Shown: positions 39,684-49,310, counted from the stretch's first letter. The stretch is DNA of 64,000 nt from Gammaproteobacteria bacterium (GCA_018222825.1 JAAEZO010000002.1:7472-71471), one strand, 5' to 3'. Numbers and translations: made by a program. Notes: a model not told the origin generated them from the letters alone.

Positions 39684-42452
39684 TTAAAGGGTCCGCGGAT
39701 CGGCGATGGCTTCCGCCTTGGCCAGCTCGATATCGAAGCTGGATTCGTGCAACAGCTGGTTGGCGTTCCACATGCAGTATTTAAAGCCCAGGTGACCCCA
39801 GCCTCCCACCAGCTCCAGCGGTTGCAGGAAGGTGGCCATGGCGTTATTCATCGGCTTTCTGTGAATGTACTGATGGGGCTCCCAGCCGTGCTCCATCATG
39901 ATGGAGTGCTTCGGAATGCTGGGATAGAACTTGGCCTGGGCGAAGAAGTCGCCGGTGCCGTTGAACAGCCGCACCCGATCGCCGTCCTTGATGCCCCGCT
40001 CGGCCGCCAGCCCCGGGTTGATGTAGATATTGGGCTCGCCCCGTTGCAGCCGCAGCAGGTACTTGTTGCTGCGCCAGTTGGAGTGCACACCCCAGCGGGC
40101 ATGGGGCGAATAGAAGTGCAGCGGATAGTTCGAGGTTTCGGGGCCGGCATAAAGCCGCGCCGTGGGCACGGTGGCCCCCAGTTTCATAAAGCGCGGGTGA
40201 TCACAGTAGAAGGTGATGCGCCCGGTCAGGGTGTCGTAGGGTTTTTTGCCGTCGGTCTGGGCGGTAAAGGGGTTGTAGGGCTCGTCCGGCTTGAGCGGCT
40301 GGTTGGTGCCCGCGTGTTCGTTCATCACGATGAAGCCGCGCTCTACCGCCTCTTTAACACTCACGCCGCCAAATTCCGGCGAGTTCTCGACGATATAGGT
40401 AAAGACGTCGAGGTCGGTGCTGAGGGCACCGTTGCGGGTGAAGTCATCATGAATGGTGTGCAGATCCCGGGTTACGTCGCCATCCGGAATGGGACCTATG
40501 CCCCGGGCGATGGCGCGCTCCTGAATCTTCTGGGTAAGCAGCGCCATGATGTCCCAGTCGGGCTTGGACTCGCCCATCGGCCGTACCGAACGGGTAAAGA
40601 TGTTGCAGAAGCGGTGGTAGCCCTGAGTGCGCAGATCCCAGGCCTCGTAATGGCCCGCCGCCGGCAGCACATAGTCGGCCCACTCGGCGGTGGAGTCCAT
40701 GCGCACGTTGACGTTCACATACAGCTCGCTGGCCTGGCGCAGGTGTTCATCACGATAGCGGTTGGCGAACTTGTTGCGACGGAAGGTATTGTCGGCCACC
40801 GAGATCATGCCCTTGATCTCGCCGTGATAGGGCATCCAGCCCTCGTCGATGGACTCCTTGATCATGGCGTCCAGATCGTCGAGATCGAAGCCGACCCGCT
40901 CCTTGAGCTTCTTGTTGTTGAAGTGTTCGCGCGCGCCTTTCATCATGCCGCCGCGCAGAAACTCGCCCAGACCACCGGCCTCGTAGCGGGGTTTCTTGTC
41001 GCCGAACTCGGACAGCTCCGCCCATTTAGGGTGATTCCACACCACCCAGGAGGTGTCGAGACCTCCGGTGCGGCCGCCGTGGCCGGTGAGCGACAGTGCC
41101 AGCCCATAGGCCCGGCCGATATGGATACAGTTGGAGTAGCCGGAGGTAATGTAACCCAGCATGACGATGGCCTTGCGGGCCTTGGCCAGGTAGCGGGCTT
41201 CCTGGCGCACCACGTCCGGGTGAATATTGGTGAGCTTGAAGGTGTCTTCCGGGCGGTATTTGGCCGCTTCCTGCTTCACCTGCTCGAATACGGTGGTGAC
41301 CTTGATGCCATTCACCTCGAACTCGCCCTCGATGGCCGGGTCGACGTCGCCGAGCTTTAGGGTCTTGTCGTCACTGCCCATGGAGCCCTTGGCCTTCACC
41401 GCCTGTTTGGTGTTCAGATCCCAGTGATAGAACACCTCGATGGAGCCGCCTTCCACCAGATCCGCCTCGCGCAGCAGCTTGCCGTTGTCGGTGCGTACCA
41501 GCATCGGCAAATCGGTCTGCTCTTTCATGAAGGCGGGCTTGAACAGTTTTTCCTCGATGATGACGTTGACGAACGACATGGCGAGAAACGGGTCCGAGCC
41601 CTGGTTGATGGGCATCCACAAGTCGGTATGAATGGCGCTGGGGTTGTGATCGGGAGCGGTGCTGGTAATGCGGGCGCCGTTGTACTTGGCCTCCCAGATA
41701 TAGTGGGCATCGGGAATACGGGTGGCGTTGGGGTTGATCATGCCCATGAGAATGTAGTCGGCGTCAAACCAGGCATCGGAGGTAAAGCTCTCCAGCGGGT
41801 TGCCGTAGGTCAGATGGGCACCGGTATTGAGATCACCCACCACGGTGAAGCCGTCGAGCTGAATGCCGCCGACCAGGGAGGCAAAGCGGTTGGGGCCCGA
41901 GTGGCGCACCATGGTCTGGTTGCCCGAGCCCTGGTGGGTCTTGAGCTTGCCGGGACCGTGTTTAACGAAAATGTCGATAATCTTGTCGGCAATTTCTTCG
42001 GTGGCCTGATCCCAGGAAATACGCTGCCACTTGCCCTCGCCCCGCTCGCCGGCCCGCTTGAGCGGGTAGCGTAGCCGGTCGGCCTCGTACATGGCGGTGG
42101 AGTGAATCGCCCCCTTCTGACAACCACGGGGGTTGGCGTCGGGTACGTTCGGGTTCACCTGCGGATATTTGGCGATCTGCTCTTCGCGCACCACCAGGCC
42201 GTCCTTGACGTAAATATTCCAGGCGCAGTTGCCCATGCAGTTGATGCAGTGGGCGGCGTGGCCGATATAATCCCAGTCCCATTCCTTGCGATACAGATCT
42301 TCCCAACTGCGGTAGGGATATTCGGTGGCCAGGGTGTCGGAAATGGGCTCCAGGCGGTTGAGCGCCCAGCTTTTACTGCTTATCACGAGGCCGGCGCCGG
42401 TCAGGCCCAGTCCCTTGAGAAAATCACGGCGCTTGATCTTAGACATGTGCAT
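39684..42452 (-). CDS. ddhA: Type II DMSO-reductase-family catalytic subunit, DdhA-like, copy 2
   Basis: KRRDFLK Tat signal, HCINCMGNC...RGCQKG and VGDLNTG; 922 aa. Confidence 0.82.
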   Translation of the reverse strand: MHMSKIKRRDFLKGLGLTGAGLVISSKSWALNRLEPISDTLATEYPYRSWEDLYRKEWDWDYIGHAAHCINCMGNCAWNIYVKDGLVVREEQIAKYPQVNPNVPDANPRGCQKGAIHSTAMYEADRLRYPLKRAGERGEGKWQRISWDQATEEIADKIIDIFVKHGPGKLKTHQGSGNQTMVRHSGPNRFASLVGGIQLDGFTVVGDLNTGAHLTYGNPLESFTSDAWFDADYILMGMINPNATRIPDAHYIWEAKYNGARITSTAPDHNPSAIHTDLWMPINQGSDPFLAMSFVNVIIEEKLFKPAFMKEQTDLPMLVRTDNGKLLREADLVEGGSIEVFYHWDLNTKQAVKAKGSMGSDDKTLKLGDVDPAIEGEFEVNGIKVTTVFEQVKQEAAKYRPEDTFKLTNIHPDVVRQEARYLAKARKAIVMLGYITSGYSNCIHIGRAYGLALSLTGHGGRTGGLDTSWVVWNHPKWAELSEFGDKKPRYEAGGLGEFLRGGMMKGAREHFNNKKLKERVGFDLDDLDAMIKESIDEGWMPYHGEIKGMISVADNTFRRNKFANRYRDEHLRQASELYVNVNVRMDSTAEWADYVLPAAGHYEAWDLRTQGYHRFCNIFTRSVRPMGESKPDWDIMALLTQKIQERAIARGIGPIPDGDVTRDLHTIHDDFTRNGALSTDLDVFTYIVENSPEFGGVSVKEAVERGFIVMNEHAGTNQPLKPDEPYNPFTAQTDGKKPYDTLTGRITFYCDHPRFMKLGATVPTARLYAGPETSNYPLHFYSPHARWGVHSNWRSNKYLLRLQRGEPNIYINPGLAAERGIKDGDRVRLFNGTGDFFAQAKFYPSIPKHSIMMEHGWEPHQYIHRKPMNNAMATFLQPLELVGGWGHLGFKYCMWNANQLLHESSFDIELAKAEAIADPRTL

Positions 42453-42596
42453 TCGGATGTCCTCCTGTGCGACGACTTGTGTACGGACTCAAGCCAGCCC
42501 GGCATTGGTCGCTTTGGGTTGCGGGAGGAAAATAACACCGCCATTAATCGAACGTCATTGGGTAATATCCGTCCAAACGCTAAAGTTCATTCATGC

Positions 42597-42610
42597 TTGA
42601 TGCAGATCAA
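42597..42610. promoter_or_regulatory. FNR/ANR box, operon copy 2
   Basis: TTGAT-GCAG-ATCAA about 145 bp upstream of the start codon; identical to copy 1. Confidence 0.88.
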
Positions 42611-42889
42611 CCGAACCAGAAAATCCGACCGCCTGCAAATAACGCAAATGCAACACAAATAAGACATACCTGCTGCAATAACTCTAAAATTGAGTTTTTT
42701 ACTAACTTTAATCACTTAATTTAAAGCAGATAACACTACTCACTTGAAACCGACGTAACTCGCAAAACGGCGAGCCGTCGATTGCCATGCCGGGCAAATA
42801 CGACAAAATAGCGTCGAATGAATATCAAAAACGACGCTTGAATCGCTGGTGATGACAGGCACCAATGGGTGACAGTAGAGAGGGAGTAC

Positions 42890-43942
42890 ATGATGAATCA
42901 GGGTGATTTCAGGCAGCTACTGGGCACCGATTTGCCCATCATTCAGGCGCCGATGGCCGGCGTGCAGGGCAGTGCGTTAACCATTGCCGTTTGTGAAGCG
43001 GGTGGACTCGGCTCGTTGCCCTGCGCCATGCTGGGCATGGATGACATCGTCGCCGAAATCAACACCATCAAACGGGCCACCGACCGCCCCTTCAACCTCA
43101 ATTTCTTCTGCCACAAACAGCCCGACTACCACAAAAAGCAGCACCAGGCATGGCACACCCTTCTGGCGCCCTACTTTGCCGAGTTCGGGATTAATCCACA
43201 CCAGTTGGCCACCCGTAGCAACCGCCGGCCCTTCAGCCATGACATGGCCGATGCCATAGAACCCTTTCGCCCCGAGATCATCAGCTTTCATTTCGGACTG
43301 CCGGAGCCGACGCTGCTGGCACGGGTAAAAGGCTGGGGTACCCGTATTCTCTCGTCTGCTACCACCCTTGCCGAAGCGCGCTGGCTGGCCGCCCACGGCG
43401 TGGACGGCATTATTGCCCAGGGCCTGGAAGCCGGCGGCCACCGGGGCATGTTTCTGTCTGACGACGTCTCGACCCAGGTCGGACTGTTCCCGCTGGTGCG
43501 CCAAATCGTCGAGGAAGTGCCGGTGCCGGTCATCGCCGCCGGTGGCATCGCCGACACTCGTGGCGTACAGGCGGCCTTGATGCTGGGCGCCAGCGCCGTG
43601 CAGGTGGGCACCGCCTATCTGCTCTGCCCCGAAGCCAACACCTCAGCCTTGCACCGCCAGGCACTGAAGGCTGAAAGCGCCGAGCTGACGGCGCTGACCA
43701 GGCTGTTCTCGGGCCGGCCCGCACGGGGCATCGTCAACCGCGTGATGCGCGAGCTGGATTGTCTGCACCCTGCGGCCCCCGACTTTCCCTACGCCTCCAT
43801 CGCCATGACCGCCCTGCGCACGGCGGCGGAGCAACAGGGCACAGCCGACTTTTCACCGCTGTGGTGCGGCCAGAATGCCTCGGGCTGCCGGGAGATTGCC
43901 GCCGGTGAGTTAACCAGACAACTGGCCGCGGCCGGGCCCTAA
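42890..43942 (+). CDS. Nitronate monooxygenase family flavoprotein
   Basis: PIIQAPMAG, QGLEAGGHRG, IAAGGI, VQVGTAYL and FSGRPARG motifs. Confidence 0.9.
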   Translation: MMNQGDFRQLLGTDLPIIQAPMAGVQGSALTIAVCEAGGLGSLPCAMLGMDDIVAEINTIKRATDRPFNLNFFCHKQPDYHKKQHQAWHTLLAPYFAEFGINPHQLATRSNRRPFSHDMADAIEPFRPEIISFHFGLPEPTLLARVKGWGTRILSSATTLAEARWLAAHGVDGIIAQGLEAGGHRGMFLSDDVSTQVGLFPLVRQIVEEVPVPVIAAGGIADTRGVQAALMLGASAVQVGTAYLLCPEANTSALHRQALKAESAELTALTRLFSGRPARGIVNRVMRELDCLHPAAPDFPYASIAMTALRTAAEQQGTADFSPLWCGQNASGCREIAAGELTRQLAAAGP

Positions 43943-44122
43943 TATCTTCCTTCGGCGACAGGCGACCGTGACATACCATCAGTGACACCTATCGCCGGGG
44001 TGCCAGGCTTGGCTCTGGGGTCAAAACTTCTATACAATAGGCGCTCTTTACCTCCCCTATTCTTTTGTTAACTCTCTCGCTATCCATTCTGAGTTGACGC
44101 ATTACACACCCGGAGCAGCACG

Positions 44123-45514
44123 TTGGCGCAAAAACCTGAACAGTTTAAAGATCTTGGACTGGATTCCCGTCTATTAACCGCATTGGATCACATGGGCTTC
44201 ACCGCGCCCAGCGAGATTCAGGACAGGGCCATTCCGGTCATATTGAGCGGCCATGACTTGATCGCGTCCTCCAAAACCGGCTCGGGCAAGACCCTGGCCT
44301 TCCTGCTGCCGGCGCTGCATCGGCTGATGAAGACCAAACCGTTGAGCAAGCGCGACCCGCGGGCGCTGATCCTCGCCCCCACCCGAGAGCTGGCCAAACA
44401 GGTGTATGTGCAGCTGCGCTCGCTCACCAGCGGCAGCTCCACCAACATCGCCCTGGTGCTGGGCGGTGAAAACTTCAACGACCAGATCAAGGCGCTGCGT
44501 AAAGAGCCCCATGTGGTGGTGGCCACCCCGGGACGACTGGCCAACCATCTGGATGCCCGCTCGCTGATGCTGGGCGGCCTGGAACTGTTGATCATGGACG
44601 AAGCCGACCGCATGCTGGATCTGGGCTTCGCCAAGCAGCTGAACCAGATCAACGAGGCTGCCGATCACCGCCGCCGCCAGACGCTGATGTTCTCCGCCAC
44701 CCTGGAGCACGCCGAAGTCAACGAGATGGCCGAAAAGCTGCTCAAGTCTCCCAAGCGGGTCGCCGTGGGTGCCGCCAACGCCGAGCACCTGGATATCGAG
44801 AAGCGCTTTTATCTGTGTGATCACCTGGATCACAAGCAGGCGCTGTTGCAGCACATTCTGACCACCGAAAGCTATCAGCAGGCGATTATCTTTACCGCCA
44901 CCCGGCCCGATACCGAGCGGCTGGCGGCGCTGCTGCACCAGCAGGGGCTGACCACCGCCGCGCTGAGTGGCGACATGAGCCAGGCCGAGCGTAACCGCAT
45001 CATGGACAGCTTCAGCCGTGGCCAGCAGAAGGTACTGATCACCACCGACGTGGCTTCACGCGGGCTGGACTTGTTGCAGGTGTCGCTGGTGGTGAACTTC
45101 GACATGCCCAAGCAGGCGGAAGAATACGTGCACCGCATCGGTCGTACCGGTCGTGCCGGTGCCAAGGGCACCGCCATGTCGCTGGTAGGCCCCAAGGACT
45201 GGGACGCCTTCAAACGGGTCGAGCGCTTCCTGCAGCAGGACATTGCCTTCGTGACCATCGAAGGGCTGGAAGGCAAGTTCAAGGGCGTGAAACCGGCCGC
45301 CAAAAAGTCCGGCCCCAGGGGTGCGGGCAAGCCCGCCGCCCGCGGCAATGGCTATAAAGGCAAAGGTGGCCCCAACGCCTACAAGCCAACCAAAAAGCCG
45401 GCCCCGGTCAAGGCACAGAAAGATCGCAGCGACCGACTGCCGACCGGTGCCGGTCTGGGTTCCAATGACGGCATGGCACCGCTGAAGCGCAAGAAACCGA
45501 CCAGCAACGACTGA
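44123..45514 (+). CDS. DEAD-box RNA helicase (SrmB-like)
   Basis: TGSGKT, PTRELA, DEAD, SAT and HRIGRTGR motifs; basic C-terminal tail. Confidence 0.93.
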   Translation: MAQKPEQFKDLGLDSRLLTALDHMGFTAPSEIQDRAIPVILSGHDLIASSKTGSGKTLAFLLPALHRLMKTKPLSKRDPRALILAPTRELAKQVYVQLRSLTSGSSTNIALVLGGENFNDQIKALRKEPHVVVATPGRLANHLDARSLMLGGLELLIMDEADRMLDLGFAKQLNQINEAADHRRRQTLMFSATLEHAEVNEMAEKLLKSPKRVAVGAANAEHLDIEKRFYLCDHLDHKQALLQHILTTESYQQAIIFTATRPDTERLAALLHQQGLTTAALSGDMSQAERNRIMDSFSRGQQKVLITTDVASRGLDLLQVSLVVNFDMPKQAEEYVHRIGRTGRAGAKGTAMSLVGPKDWDAFKRVERFLQQDIAFVTIEGLEGKFKGVKPAAKKSGPRGAGKPAARGNGYKGKGGPNAYKPTKKPAPVKAQKDRSDRLPTGAGLGSNDGMAPLKRKKPTSND

Positions 45515-45569
45515 TCCGTTCGCCGATGCCGCTGCAAAGCGGCATCAACCCAAGAGGCAGGAGCCGTTA

Positions 45570-45932
45570 ATGAACAAGAAGCACGCTTTTGTTGTGTATG
45601 CGGGCGAACAGGAACAGGGCCGGGTGTTTCATGCCTTGACCCACGCCCTCCAGGCCCATGAGCGCGGTGATACCAGCGAGCTGTATTTTGCCGCCGAAGG
45701 TGCCGCCTGGCCGGGTCTGCTGGCCAACGCCGAACATCGGCTGCACCAGCTGTTCAACACCTTGCAGCACAAGGGTGTGATCCAGGGGGCCTGCCACAGC
45801 TGTGTGATTGCCTTTGGCCACGAACAGACCACCGGCAATGCCGTACCCATGATCACGGGCCCGGAATGCAGCTACGGTCAGATTGATATTCTGGGGCTGG
45901 AAGACGACGGTTATCGAGTCTGGCTGTTTTAA
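45570..45932 (+). CDS. DsrE/DsrF-like small protein
   Basis: 120 aa; LYFAAEG and GACHSC motifs. Confidence 0.6.
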   Translation: MNKKHAFVVYAGEQEQGRVFHALTHALQAHERGDTSELYFAAEGAAWPGLLANAEHRLHQLFNTLQHKGVIQGACHSCVIAFGHEQTTGNAVPMITGPECSYGQIDILGLEDDGYRVWLF

Positions 45933-45960
45933 CCGCCACCGGCTAACGACGGAATGGCAC

Positions 45961-46003
45961 CAATAAAAAACCGGAGCGCACCTGCGCTCCGGTTTTTTTA
46001 TTG
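45961..46003. terminator. Bidirectional terminator
   Basis: CAATAAAAAACCGGAGCGCA-cc-TGCGCTCCGGTTTTTTTATTG. Confidence 0.92.
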
Positions 46004-46025
46004 CACCGCCAGCTCCTTCATCTAT

Positions 46026-46100
46026 TCACGACTGCATGTGCCAGCCGTGGTTGACCACTATCGCCTGGCCGGTAAGGGCCGCCGATAGCAGGAATATAAC
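46026..46100 (-). pseudogene. 3' remnant of an SDR gene (3-hydroxybutyrate dehydrogenase-like C-terminus)
   Basis: Translates VIFLLSAALTGQAIVVNHGWHMQS*; no recognisable SDR sequence upstream. Confidence 0.5.
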
Positions 46101-46277
46101 TCGGTCGCAGCACTTAGGGGGCTACGTAGCAGCCCCCGGTCACTGCCGGCAGTGATCTACTGTTCGGAACCGCTAATAATCAAACGATGATCCGCTCCCG
46201 ATCATTGCCGCTGTCAGGCTGTTTTGACGACGATTAAAATCTGTCTCGTATGATATTGGAATAAACACTTCAATATA

Positions 46278-46296
46278 CAAAATGAGAATTGTTTGT
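46278..46296 (+). promoter_or_regulatory. Candidate Fur box
   Basis: CAAAATGAGAATTGTTTGT, 11/19 match to GATAATGATAATCATTATC, upstream of an Fe-type ABC operon. Confidence 0.5.
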
Positions 46297-46334
46297 AGTA
46301 TCATCCGCCATCTTAATAATTGTACGAGAACACC

Positions 46335-47468
46335 ATGCTTCGCAGCCCCCTCCTGACCAAGGCGATCACCGCCCTGGCGGCCGTCTGGTCGCTGGCCCTG
46401 TCCGCCGAAACCATTACCGTCACCGACATCGCCAACCGCCAGGTGGAAGTCGAAGTACCGGTGCAACGTGTCATCCTGGGCGAAGGCCGCCAGGTTTACC
46501 TCACCGCCGTGCTCGACCGGGAAAACCCCTTCCAGCGCATTGTCGGCTGGCGGGACGACCTAGCCAGCGCCGATCCGGACAACTACGCCGCCTATCAGGA
46601 AAAATTCCCCGAGATGGCCGACATCCCCGTCTTCGGCGGCTTCAAGGACGGTACCTTCGACGTGGAGCAGGCGGTGTCTCTCACCCCCGATGTCATCATC
46701 ATGAACATCGAATCCAGGCAGGCCACAGAAGACGCCAAATACATCGAGAAGCTGGCCGCCGCCGGCATTCCCCTGGTGTACGTGGATTTTCGCGAGCATC
46801 CCTTCACCCATACCGAACCCAGCCTGCGCCTTTACGGCCAGCTGTTCGGTGAAATGGAAAAGGCCGAGGAATTCATCGCCTGGCGCGCCGCCGAAATCGC
46901 CAGGGTGACGGAGGTGATCGAGCAGCATCAGCCCGAGCGGCCCCGGGTGTTCATCGACCGGGCCGGCGGCTACTCGGAAGAATGCTGCATGAGCTTTGGC
47001 GACGACAACTTCGGCACCTTCGTGGAACTGGCCGGTGGTGATAACATCGCCAAGGACATCATTCCCGCCACCTTCGGCAACCTCCACCCGGAGCAGATCA
47101 TCGCCGCCAACCCCGACCACGTCATCGTTACCGGCGGCATGTGGGAAGCCTATGTGCCCGGCGGCGCCTGGGTGGGGGTGGGTCCGGGCCAGGACCAGGC
47201 CGAGGCCCGGCGCAAACTCGAAGCGCTGACCCATCGCCCGGCCATGACCGGCATCGAAGCAGTGCAAAACAAGCAGATGCACGCCATCTGGCACCAGTTC
47301 TACAACAGCCCCTACCAGTTCGTGGGCATCCAGCAGATGGCCAAGTGGCTGCATCCCGAGCTGTTCACCGAGCTCGACCCGGAGGCCACCTTCAAGGAGC
47401 TGCACCAGCGCTTCCTGCCCGTCGACTACCGTCCCGGCTATTGGGTGTCACTGACCGATGCAGAATAA
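46335..47468 (+). CDS. Iron-siderophore/cobalamin-type ABC substrate-binding protein
   Basis: Signal peptide; VTDIANRQV, RVILGEGR and IWHQFYNSP motifs. Confidence 0.88.
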   Translation: MLRSPLLTKAITALAAVWSLALSAETITVTDIANRQVEVEVPVQRVILGEGRQVYLTAVLDRENPFQRIVGWRDDLASADPDNYAAYQEKFPEMADIPVFGGFKDGTFDVEQAVSLTPDVIIMNIESRQATEDAKYIEKLAAAGIPLVYVDFREHPFTHTEPSLRLYGQLFGEMEKAEEFIAWRAAEIARVTEVIEQHQPERPRVFIDRAGGYSEECCMSFGDDNFGTFVELAGGDNIAKDIIPATFGNLHPEQIIAANPDHVIVTGGMWEAYVPGGAWVGVGPGQDQAEARRKLEALTHRPAMTGIEAVQNKQMHAIWHQFYNSPYQFVGIQQMAKWLHPELFTELDPEATFKELHQRFLPVDYRPGYWVSLTDAE

Positions 47469-48531
47469 CAGCATGACGCCAACGCAAACCACGCCGGCCG
47501 GCAGCGGCCACTATAAGGCCCTCGTCTGGCGGCGACAGCTGATCCTGCTGGGACTGACCGCCGCACTGCTGCTCAGCCTGTGCGCCGATTTGGCCCTGGG
47601 CCCGGCCCGCTACGAGCTGGGTGAAGTAGTGAAAGCGCTGTTCCTGCCCGACTCGGTGCCGCTGCAGGTACGGGTGGTGCTGTGGGAAATCCGCATGCCG
47701 ATAGCACTGATGGCGGTGGTGGTGGGCGCGGCGCTGGCAGTGGCCGGCGCCCAGATGCAGACCATCCTCAACAACCCGCTGGCCAGCCCCTTCACCCTGG
47801 GCATTTCCGCCGCCGCCAGCTTCGGTGCGGCCCTGGCCCTGGCTTTCGGAGTGGCCTTCATTCCGGCGGCCATCGCCTGGATGGTACCGCTCAACGCCTT
47901 CATTATGGCCATGCTGGCGGCCCTGCTCATCCACCTGCTCAGCGCTCGGCCCGGCATGACGGTCAACAGCATAGTGCTGCTCGGCATCGCCCTGGTGTTC
48001 ACCTTCAACGCCCTGCTGGCGCTGGTGCAGTTTTTTGCCTCGACCGAGGCCCTGTCGGCGGTGGTGTTCTGGACCATGGGCAGCCTCAGCAAGGCCACCT
48101 GGCCCAAGCTGGCCATCACCACCCTGGCGCTGGTACTGGTGCTGCCGGTGTTCGTTCGCCGGGCCTGGGCCCTGACCGCCCTGCGCCTGGGCGAAGACAA
48201 GGCGGCCAGCTTCGGCGTCAAGGTCGGCCGGCTGCGGCTGGAGACCCTGCTACTGGTGAGCATGCTGGCGGCCATTCCGGTGTCCTTCGTGGGAACCATC
48301 GGCTTTATCGGCCTGGTCGGCCCCCATATCGCGCGCATGATCATCGGCGAGGATCAACGCTTCTTCCTGCCGGCCTCGGCCCTGGCCGGGGCGCTGATCC
48401 TCTCGGTCAGCTCGGTGGTCAGCAAGTCGTTGATCAGCGGCACCATCTTCCCCATCGGCGTGGTCACGTCACTGATCGGCATTCCCTTCTTCGTTTCCCT
48501 TATCCTGTCCCAGACGAGGCGTTCATGGTAA
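47458..48531 (+). CDS. FecCD-family ABC permease
   Basis: MQTILNNPLASPFTLGIS and IGFIGLVGPHIAR motifs. Confidence 0.92.
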   Translation: MQNNSMTPTQTTPAGSGHYKALVWRRQLILLGLTAALLLSLCADLALGPARYELGEVVKALFLPDSVPLQVRVVLWEIRMPIALMAVVVGAALAVAGAQMQTILNNPLASPFTLGISAAASFGAALALAFGVAFIPAAIAWMVPLNAFIMAMLAALLIHLLSARPGMTVNSIVLLGIALVFTFNALLALVQFFASTEALSAVVFWTMGSLSKATWPKLAITTLALVLVLPVFVRRAWALTALRLGEDKAASFGVKVGRLRLETLLLVSMLAAIPVSFVGTIGFIGLVGPHIARMIIGEDQRFFLPASALAGALILSVSSVVSKSLISGTIFPIGVVTSLIGIPFFVSLILSQTRRSW

Positions 48532-49310
48532 GCATCCGGCTCGAAAATCTCGGTGCCCGCTACGGCAAACAGCTGCTGCTGCAGGGCATTTCCACTCCTA
48601 CCTTCAGGGCGGGCGAGGTGGTGGCCATCATCGGCCCCAACGCCGCCGGCAAGTCCACCCTGTTCAAGCGTATCAGCGGCCTGATCGACGGCCCCGGCCG
48701 GGTGCACGTAGAGGGCCTGCGGCCGGAAGGCGGCGGCATCAGCTACATGCCGCAAGACAGCGCCGCCAGTGCCGCGCTCAGCGTGTACGAGTCGGTGCTG
48801 CTGGCCTGCAAGCAGGGTGGTGGCTGGAGCGTAAACGAGGCCGAGCTGGCCCTTATCGACCAGACCCTGGCGGCGCTCGGCATTGCCAATCTCGCCTTTC
48901 GCCACCTCGGCGAGCTCTCGGGCGGCCAGCGCCAGCTGGTCAGTCTGGCCCAGGTGCTGGTGCGCGAGCCGGACATAGTGCTGATGGACGAGCCCACCTC
49001 GGCGCTGGATCTGTCGCGCCAGGTAGAGGTGCTCGGCCACATGAAAGATCTGGCGCGGGAAAAGGGCATGCTGGTGCTGGTGACGCTGCACGATCTCAAC
49101 CATGTGCTGCGCTTTTGCGATCAGGCGTTGGTCATCGCCGGCGGCCGCCAGGTAGCCTGCGGCCCCACCGCCGAGATCGTCACCCCGACGCTGCTGCGCG
49201 ACACCTATCAGGTGGAGGCGCGGGTGGAGTCCTGCTCCCGCGGCTTCGGCCATGTGATCGTGGACGATATCGCCAGCCAGGGCCGCACCTTCGCCCTGGC
49301 GACAGGCTAG
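48525..49310 (+). CDS. ABC transporter ATP-binding protein
   Basis: Likely start ATG 48525 (MVSIRLENL); GPNAAGKST, LSGGQRQ and LMDEPTSALD motifs. Confidence 0.92.
   Translation: MVSIRLENLGARYGKQLLLQGISTPTFRAGEVVAIIGPNAAGKSTLFKRISGLIDGPGRVHVEGLRPEGGGISYMPQDSAASAALSVYESVLLACKQGGGWSVNEAELALIDQTLAALGIANLAFRHLGELSGGQRQLVSLAQVLVREPDIVLMDEPTSALDLSRQVEVLGHMKDLAREKGMLVLVTLHDLNHVLRFCDQALVIAGGRQVACGPTAEIVTPTLLRDTYQVEARVESCSRGFGHVIVDDIASQGRTFALATG

Larger units (their letters stand above)
25288..42610 (-). repeat. Tandem duplication of an ~8.8-kb six-gene operon (copy 1 about 25288-33866, copy 2 about 34082-42610)
   Basis: Same six genes in the same order, homologous terminators 8794 bp apart, and identical FNR boxes. 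Confidence 0.95.

Noticed and set aside
30936-42452. Calling the operons respiratory nitrate reductase narGHJI
   Set aside because: The alpha subunit is about 920 aa with a full Tat signal, and the gamma subunit is a soluble Sec-exported protein rather than NarI.
47682-48524. Apparent 542-aa ABC ATPase with a long N-terminal extension
   Set aside because: The extension is an alternate frame over the permease; the ATPase begins at 48525.
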